Both the position numbers and the translations under genes were made by a program. A DNA stretch of 32,000 bases from Patescibacteria group bacterium (GTDB lineage Bacteria; Patescibacteriota; Patescibacteriia; 2-01-FULL-39-33), in assembly GCA_041649575.1 (NCBI GenBank), contig JBAZMW010000003.1:159559-191558 (forward strand), given 5' to 3'. Shown here in pieces: positions 27,808-32,000 of the stretch; within the stretch, counting starts at the first letter, position 1; each line of letters opens with the position of its first letter. The notes below the pieces were generated by a model. It made no database searches. It was not told the DNA's origin and saw only the letters and a program-made list of their open reading frames with translations.

Positions 27808-28995
27808 TTGCCGATTTACGGCCGCTACCTCTGGCTAAAAACCAAGCTGGCAAAAAAAACCAACCGCGCCAGCGAAAAAATAATTTTGGTTTTTACCAAT
27901 CGCTATATCATTCATCTACTGGTGCTGGCCATCGGTTTGTTAGTAGTGGGCGTTAATGTTTTGGCCTATGAGACACGCGAGGATTACGGCAAGAACGCCT
28001 TGATTTATAAAATAGTGGGGCTGGAAGACACCTATTTCACCGAAGACACCAGCGGTTCGCAAGAAGAATCTGTGGTTTATAGTTATTTGGAAAAAAACTC
28101 CCAGTTGCAAAGCGAGCCGGCCAGCGCCAACACTGCAGAAACAGATGACGAAATCGACCAATCAGCTTTTGAATTGACACAGGGAGGAGCGGCCCTGGTC
28201 AAACCGGAATTGGCCAGCACCGAAGAAGCCAAAATTGGCGTTAAGGGGCTTAGAAACTACAAAGTGGCGGAGGGCGACACCATCAGCAGTATCGCCGGCA
28301 AATTCGATATTTCCGTTAACACCGTTCTTTGGGCCAATAACTTATCCTTGAATTCTTACATTAAGCCAGGCCAGCAGCTGATTATCCCGCCGGTAAGCGG
28401 CGTAGTCCACACCGTCAAAAAAGGAGACACCCTGGCCAAGATAGCCCAAAGCTATAAAGGCGAATTGGCCCGGATAAAAGATTTCAATAATTTGGATGAT
28501 GAGACCGCTTTAATCGCCGGCGAAAAAATAATCGTGCCGGGCGGAATAATTGTTACCGCCAGAACACCGGCTTACACCCAGGTGGTCACCACCAGAACCG
28601 CCAGTCCGTCAACAATCAATGTGCCTGTCAGCGGCAAAATGGCCTGGCCCAACTCTTGCTACCGTATCACCCAATACTACAAAGGCTGGCGCCATGCGGG
28701 CGTGGATATCGCCTGTCCCTGGGGGGTGGCCATACGAGCGGCCCAGGCCGGCAAAGTCATCAGAGTTCAATATGGCCGAACCGGCTACGGCTATAATATT
28801 ATCATCGACCATGGCGGCGGCAAACAGACCCTCTATGGCCATTTGAGCCGAATCGACGTGGAAGTCGGAGAGTGGGTGGAAAAAGGAGAAGCCATTGCCG
28901 CCGAAGGTTCGACCGGCCGTTCCTCCGGACCGCATTTACATTTTGAGGTGCGCGTTGGCGGCTCGACGGTTAATCCTTTGAGTTATATCAGATAG
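27808..28995 (+). CDS. LysM-domain M23 family peptidoglycan endopeptidase
   Basis: N-terminal TM helix, two LysM repeats (YKVAEGDTISSIAGKF..., HTVKKGDTLAKIAQSY...), and the M23 motifs HAGVDIA and GPHLHFEV. The TTG start is uncertain. Confidence 0.85.
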   Translation: MPIYGRYLWLKTKLAKKTNRASEKIILVFTNRYIIHLLVLAIGLLVVGVNVLAYETREDYGKNALIYKIVGLEDTYFTEDTSGSQEESVVYSYLEKNSQLQSEPASANTAETDDEIDQSAFELTQGGAALVKPELASTEEAKIGVKGLRNYKVAEGDTISSIAGKFDISVNTVLWANNLSLNSYIKPGQQLIIPPVSGVVHTVKKGDTLAKIAQSYKGELARIKDFNNLDDETALIAGEKIIVPGGIIVTARTPAYTQVVTTRTASPSTINVPVSGKMAWPNSCYRITQYYKGWRHAGVDIACPWGVAIRAAQAGKVIRVQYGRTGYGYNIIIDHGGGKQTLYGHLSRIDVEVGEWVEKGEAIAAEGSTGRSSGPHLHFEVRVGGSTVNPLSYIR

Positions 28996-30066
28996 ACAAT
29001 TTGTAATCCTCTGCCTAATCTTATAGCTATTCCCGTGTTTTAACAGTCCTAAATAGGAATTAACGGTTTCTGCTTTAGGATTGTTTTTTATTCTCTTGAA
29101 CATTCTCCGTTTGGCTTTAGCGCGCAGAACGCGGTGATCAAAGAAATGCACCCAGCCCAAGGAATCAAGGCCGGAATTTAGCGTTTTGATAAAAATCTTG
29201 TCGGGATGAAGCGTCAGTTTTAATTTATTTAATAAAAAACCAGCTATTAGTTTAATGATGTTTTCTAAATATCCCCTGTTTTCTGAAAATACAACAAAGT
29301 CATCACAATAACGCAGATAATGTTTTATCTTCAACTGCTGTTTGATAAATTGGTCAAATTCATTTAAATAAATATTAACTAAAAGCTGGGAAGTGAGATT
29401 GCCAAGTGGCAAACCCAGCTCTCCCCCTTTCCAAGGGGGAGTCAGAGGGGGTTTTGAAGATTCTAATAAGACAGAGGATTTCATAACCTCCCCTCGCCCC
29501 TCCTTGGAAAGGAGGGGGAAAGAAATAAAGCTGTCAATTATTTCTTCCAATAGATTTAATATTTTTTGGTCATTGATTTGCCTAGCCAAAATGTCCTTTA
29601 AAATCCAGTGACCAACGCTGGCAAAAAATTTCTTAATATCGCCTTTCAATATCCAGCAGGTTCGGCTGTTGTTCTGGCTAACCTGGTAAGCAAACTTTCT
29701 AAATCTGTTTAAGGCTTTGTGGGTGCCCTTATTAAGTCGGCAGGAATGGGAATCGGCAATGAATTTTCTGTCGAAATATGGATAGAGCTGACGATAGACG
29801 GCGTGATGGACCAGGCGATCGCGCACACTGGCCTTGTGGATGTTTCTGGGCTTGGGATCGCAGATGTTAAACGACTTATAACCGCCATGACGATAATTGC
29901 CATTTGCCAAATCGTGATGAAGGGCGATAAGATTGTCCATGAGACTGAATTCAAATCGCTGGACATCGGCTTTCTGCCTTTTGCCTCGCCGAAATTCCTG
30001 CCAAGCTAAAAGCAAGTTATCTAAAGAAATAATATCTTCAAAAGTATGAGTGAAAACTTTGGCCAT
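28936..30066 (-). CDS. diversity-generating retroelement (DGR) reverse transcriptase
   Basis: RT motifs present: RNIHKASVRDRLVHHAV, GDIKKFFASVGH, LPLGNLTSQLLVNIYLNEFD (the DGR-diagnostic [I/L]GxxxSQ) and YLRYCDDFVVF. No maturase or endonuclease domain. TR, VR and avd lie adjacent. Confidence 0.9.
   Translation of the reverse strand: MAKVFTHTFEDIISLDNLLLAWQEFRRGKRQKADVQRFEFSLMDNLIALHHDLANGNYRHGGYKSFNICDPKPRNIHKASVRDRLVHHAVYRQLYPYFDRKFIADSHSCRLNKGTHKALNRFRKFAYQVSQNNSRTCWILKGDIKKFFASVGHWILKDILARQINDQKILNLLEEIIDSFISFPLLSKEGRGEVMKSSVLLESSKPPLTPPWKGGELGLPLGNLTSQLLVNIYLNEFDQFIKQQLKIKHYLRYCDDFVVFSENRGYLENIIKLIAGFLLNKLKLTLHPDKIFIKTLNSGLDSLGWVHFFDHRVLRAKAKRRMFKRIKNNPKAETVNSYLGLLKHGNSYKIRQRITNCLSDITQRINRRAANAHLKM
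29421..29517. repeat. palindromic (MITE/RPE-like) element inserted in-frame in the RT gene
   Basis: Terminal perfect hairpins CTCCCCCTT-tcc-AAGGGGGAG (29421-29441) and CCCCTCCTT-gga-AAGGAGGGG (29497-29517) are related to each other as inverted repeats. The region encodes FPLLSKEGRGEVMKSSVLLESSKPPLTPPWKGGEL between RT motifs 3 and 4. Confidence 0.6.
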
Positions 30067-30090
30067 CTTAATAAAAATTCTTTTAGGTCA

Positions 30091-30105
30091 CCCCCCCCCC
30101 CCCCC
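30091..30105. repeat. C15 homopolymer in the divergent RT / avd intergenic region
   Basis: 15 consecutive C counted directly. It lies 25 nt from the RT ATG (30066) and 8 nt before the avd TTG (30114). Confidence 0.9.
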
Positions 30106-30113
30106 GCTACAAT

Positions 30114-30485
30114 TTGGAAATTTTGCATAAAACACAAACGCTTTATAGGCTCTGGCATGACTGGCTAAAAGATTTTCCCAAGTTGTCGCGCTATACGCTA
30201 GGAATCAGGGTTGATAATTTATTTATCGAACTGCTTGAAAATCTTTTTGCGGCCAGCTACTTGCCTCGACAAGAAAAATCACCCCTGATTAAAATCATCA
30301 TCAAAAAAATAGATTTGTTAAAATTTTTGATTTGGCTAAGCTGGGAGCTAAGGCTGCTTAGCGACAACAAATATCAGAATCTTTCGCTGCCGCTGGAAGA
30401 AATCGGACGCTCGGCCTGGAACTGGGGAAACCGTTTAGAAAAAACGCCGCCGCTCTGGGCGGAGGCGCAAAAACAAAACGGCTAG
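30114..30485 (+). CDS. avd: Avd-like accessory variability determinant (four-helix-bundle protein)
   Basis: FPKLSRYTLGIRVDNLFIELLENLFAA and LLKFLIWLSWELRLLS...LEEIGRSAWNW parallel the helices of Bordetella-phage Avd (IPRKHGVAREMF..., LRFWLRFL...AEVGRILGSW), from memory. The TTG start is uncertain. The gene is on the strand opposite to RT and TR. Confidence 0.75.
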   Translation: MEILHKTQTLYRLWHDWLKDFPKLSRYTLGIRVDNLFIELLENLFAASYLPRQEKSPLIKIIIKKIDLLKFLIWLSWELRLLSDNKYQNLSLPLEEIGRSAWNWGNRLEKTPPLWAEAQKQNG

Positions 30486-30589
30486 CGGACGACGGCGAAC
30501 CGACAGATGTGGTTCCAATCGTTCTTGGTGTGGTTGACGTACAGGTTGCGCTTAGCATCGTTCCTGTTGAGGTACAGCACCCTGTCGCC
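30485..30589 (-). repeat. DGR template repeat (TR)
   Basis: 105 bp homologous to both VRs. Read on the minus strand it encodes GDRVLYLNRNDAKRNLYVNHTKNDWNHICRFAVVR with 6 AAC codons and 27 adenines. Its last 23 nt (TCTGTCGGTTCGCCGTCGTCCGC) contain no adenine and are identical in the TR and both VRs. Confidence 0.9.
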
Positions 30590-30874
30590 ATCTGTAATGT
30601 GCCGCTGGCCATCAGAACCACTGCCAATTGAACCGCCCAAAAGGCGTCTCTTGGCTGTATCTTGTTTGGGATTTTTACCCTGTCAAATAACATTTTAGAC
30701 CATCGCTTGTGTTTTATCATCCAAAAACCAAAGACATGGCTACAATTTTCTGTTGATATATTTAACGGGGTTTAATCCGCCAGCAAACGGCACCGAGCAG
30801 TTTTTGTTTTTATTTTTGGTATTCCTAAGCCGGTGGCCGAGGAAATATTAACCATATTTATCTTAAATAAATTT

Positions 30875-30932
30875 GAGAAAAAAGAAAAGGTCCGCTCAGC
30901 CAGCTCAAGAATCTGAGCTGGCTGAGCGGACC
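30875..30932 (-). terminator. 19-bp perfect hairpin plus T-run downstream of target gene 1
   Basis: GGTCCGCTCAGCCAGCTCA-agaatc-TGAGCTGGCTGAGCGGACC, followed on the minus strand by TTTTCTTTTTTCTC. Confidence 0.75.
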
Positions 30933-30977
30933 GGGGTCAAGGTCCAAGGGATTGTTGGGGTCAACTGCCCGTCTTGC

Positions 30978-31568
30978 CTACGCTTGCGCTTCGGCAATTC
31001 GGTCAGGCTCGCGGACGACGGCGAACCGACAGACGTGGCGCCAACCGCCCTTGGTGAGGCGGACGTACAGGCCGCGCCCTGCACCGTCCCTGCTGAGGTA
31101 CAGCACCCTGCCACCGGTGGGAGCCGCGACAATCGGGAACTGCCGCTGCAGGTCGGGCTGCTTGGCACCCAGAGTCAATGTTTCGCGGGGCGTGGCTCGG
31201 CGGTAACCGCGCTTCTTGGCTTCGGCCGTGGCATCGTCATCGGAAATGTCGTAGCCCAAGTGTAGCAGTTCAACCACGACTGTTTCCTTCTTGTCTTCGG
31301 TGGGCAGGGGGACGTTGGCTTCGGTGAAGTCGCCGTCAACCCAGTAGCAGGCGATGGCCTCGCGCAACTGCTCACGGGTGAACGAGTGGTCGATGTCGAG
31401 GGCAACCGCGCTCCTCAAACGTTGGCCGACTGCCGCGATTTCTCTGCCGATCACTTCGAGCAAATAGGCGTCCTGACTCACGAACCGAATGTCGCTGGCC
31501 TCACCGCCTTGCGCTACCACTGCTTCGGTGATCACTTGCGCGAGAACTTCAGGATTAATGGTGTTCAT
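30978..31568 (-). CDS. DGR variable (target) protein 1
   Basis: 196 aa, with AAGGAGG 6 nt before the ATG. VR1 occupies the C-terminal ~45 aa. No signal peptide or TM helix is visible. A hand-counted 60-nt line is 72% GC. Confidence 0.85.
   Translation of the reverse strand: MNTINPEVLAQVITEAVVAQGGEASDIRFVSQDAYLLEVIGREIAAVGQRLRSAVALDIDHSFTREQLREAIACYWVDGDFTEANVPLPTEDKKETVVVELLHLGYDISDDDATAEAKKRGYRRATPRETLTLGAKQPDLQRQFPIVAAPTGGRVLYLSRDGAGRGLYVRLTKGGWRHVCRFAVVREPDRIAEAQA
31011..31115 (-). repeat. DGR variable repeat VR1
   Basis: Ungapped alignment to the TR at offset +526. There are 19 mismatches, 17 of them at TR adenines (minus-strand sense). Encodes GGRVLYLSRDGAGRGLYVRLTKGGWRHVCRFAVVR. Confidence 0.9.
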
Positions 31569-31596
31569 TGTTGTTCCTCCTTAATGGTCAGGGTTC

Positions 31597-31648
31597 ACCC
31601 CGTGGAATCCCGACTTCGTCGGGACCGCTTCGCGGTATTCCACGGGGT
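31597..31648. repeat. perfect three-way-junction element (copy 2), between the two DGR target genes
   Basis: Outer stem (A)CCCCGTGGAAT / ATTCCACGGGG(T) directly encloses CCCGAC-ttc-GTCGGG and ACCGC-ttc-GCGGT. Same architecture as 11474-11524, with a compensatory A:T to G:C change in the outer stem. Confidence 0.7.
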
Positions 31649-31656
31649 ACATGGTT

Positions 31657-32000
31657 TCAGGGTTTCAACTGCTCGCGGACGACGGCGAACCGACAGAGGA
31701 GGTTCCAATCGATCTTGGGGTGGATGACGAACAGGTGGCGCCGAGCATCGCCCCTGCTGAGGCACAGCACCCTGCCGCCGGTGGGGGCTGCGATGATCGG
31801 GAACTGCCGTTGCAGGTCCGGGTATTTGGCGCCCAGAGTGAGCACTTCGCGAGGCGTGGCCCGACGATAGCCGCGCTTCTTGGCTTCGGCCGTGGCATCG
31901 TCATCGGAAATGTCGTAGCCCAAGTGTAGCAGTTCAACCACGACTGTTTCCTTCTTGTCTTCGGTGGGCAGGGGGACGTTGGCTTCGGTGAAGCCGCCGC
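31657..32000 (-). CDS. DGR variable (target) protein 2, 5' end beyond the right edge
   Basis: Paralog of target 1. The frame stays open to base 32000 (...GGFTEANVPLPTEDKKETVVVELLHLGYD...), so the track start at 31941 is an artefact. VR2 lies at the C-terminus. Confidence 0.85.
   Translation of the reverse strand, partial: GGFTEANVPLPTEDKKETVVVELLHLGYDISDDDATAEAKKRGYRRATPREVLTLGAKYPDLQRQFPIIAAPTGGRVLCLSRGDARRHLFVIHPKIDWNLLCRFAVVREQLKP
31675..31779 (-). repeat. DGR variable repeat VR2
   Basis: Ungapped alignment to the TR at offset +1190. There are 14 mismatches, all at TR adenines. Encodes GGRVLCLSRGDARRHLFVIHPKIDWNLLCRFAVVR. Confidence 0.9.

Noticed and set aside
28936-30066. RT considered as a group II intron or retron RT
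   Set aside because: No maturase (X), DNA-binding or endonuclease domain and no recognisable intron domain V/VI RNA in the flanks. Motif 4 is LGNLTSQ (DGR-type) rather than the group II form, and TR, VR and avd are adjacent.
30358-30720. 120-aa minus-strand ORF covering the TR and the 3' part of avd
   Set aside because: It reads the TR in a different frame from the VR coding frame and overlaps the better-supported Avd-like ORF. The region is explained by TR plus avd.
30873-31727. Plus-strand ORFs 30873..31265, 30952..31206, 31386..31727 and 31568..31870 over the DGR target genes
   Set aside because: They are antisense shadow ORFs in about 70% GC DNA. The minus-strand genes have an RBS, a paralog relationship and VRs in frame.
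30485-31779. Three ~105-bp repeats considered as a possible CRISPR-like array
   Set aside because: Spacing is 526 and 664 bp, two copies lie inside coding regions, and differences are adenine-specific. This is TR/VR, not CRISPR. No short regularly spaced repeats occur anywhere in the window.

Overview
Mosaic window that looks like a small, AT-rich CPR/Patescibacteria-type genome; the lineage is an inference from gene content. Core genes, mostly on the minus strand: AI-2E permease, smpB, tmRNA, infC-rpmI-rplT, a 1948-aa giant protein, tRNA-Asp, lgt, pyk, CIRCE-controlled groES-groEL, a radical-SAM / O-antigen-ligase envelope operon, and a LysM-M23 peptidase. Two things stand out. (1) The right end (28.9-32.0 kb) carries a complete diversity-generating retroelement (DGR). 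It has an RT with the LGNLTSQ motif, an Avd-like four-helix-bundle gene, a 105-bp template repeat (TR), and two tandem paralogous target genes. The C-terminal variable repeats (VRs) of those genes differ from the TR almost only at TR adenines (31 of 33 mismatches, hand-aligned). The locus has several unusual features: avd is inverted relative to TR/RT, a C15 homopolymer sits between RT and avd, a palindromic element is inserted in-frame in the RT, and a perfect three-way-junction element lies just behind VR2. (2) Between 10 and 20 kb the core genes are interrupted by at least five visibly GC-rich units. Each has its own TTGACA-N17-TAnAAT promoter and hairpin terminator, and all encode proteins I cannot assign. 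This stretch also holds a tRNA-Asp locus surrounded by collinear tRNA fragments and GC-rich structured repeats. No integrase, transposase, CRISPR array or rRNA was seen. All coordinates of small elements were counted by hand and may be off by 1-2 nt.
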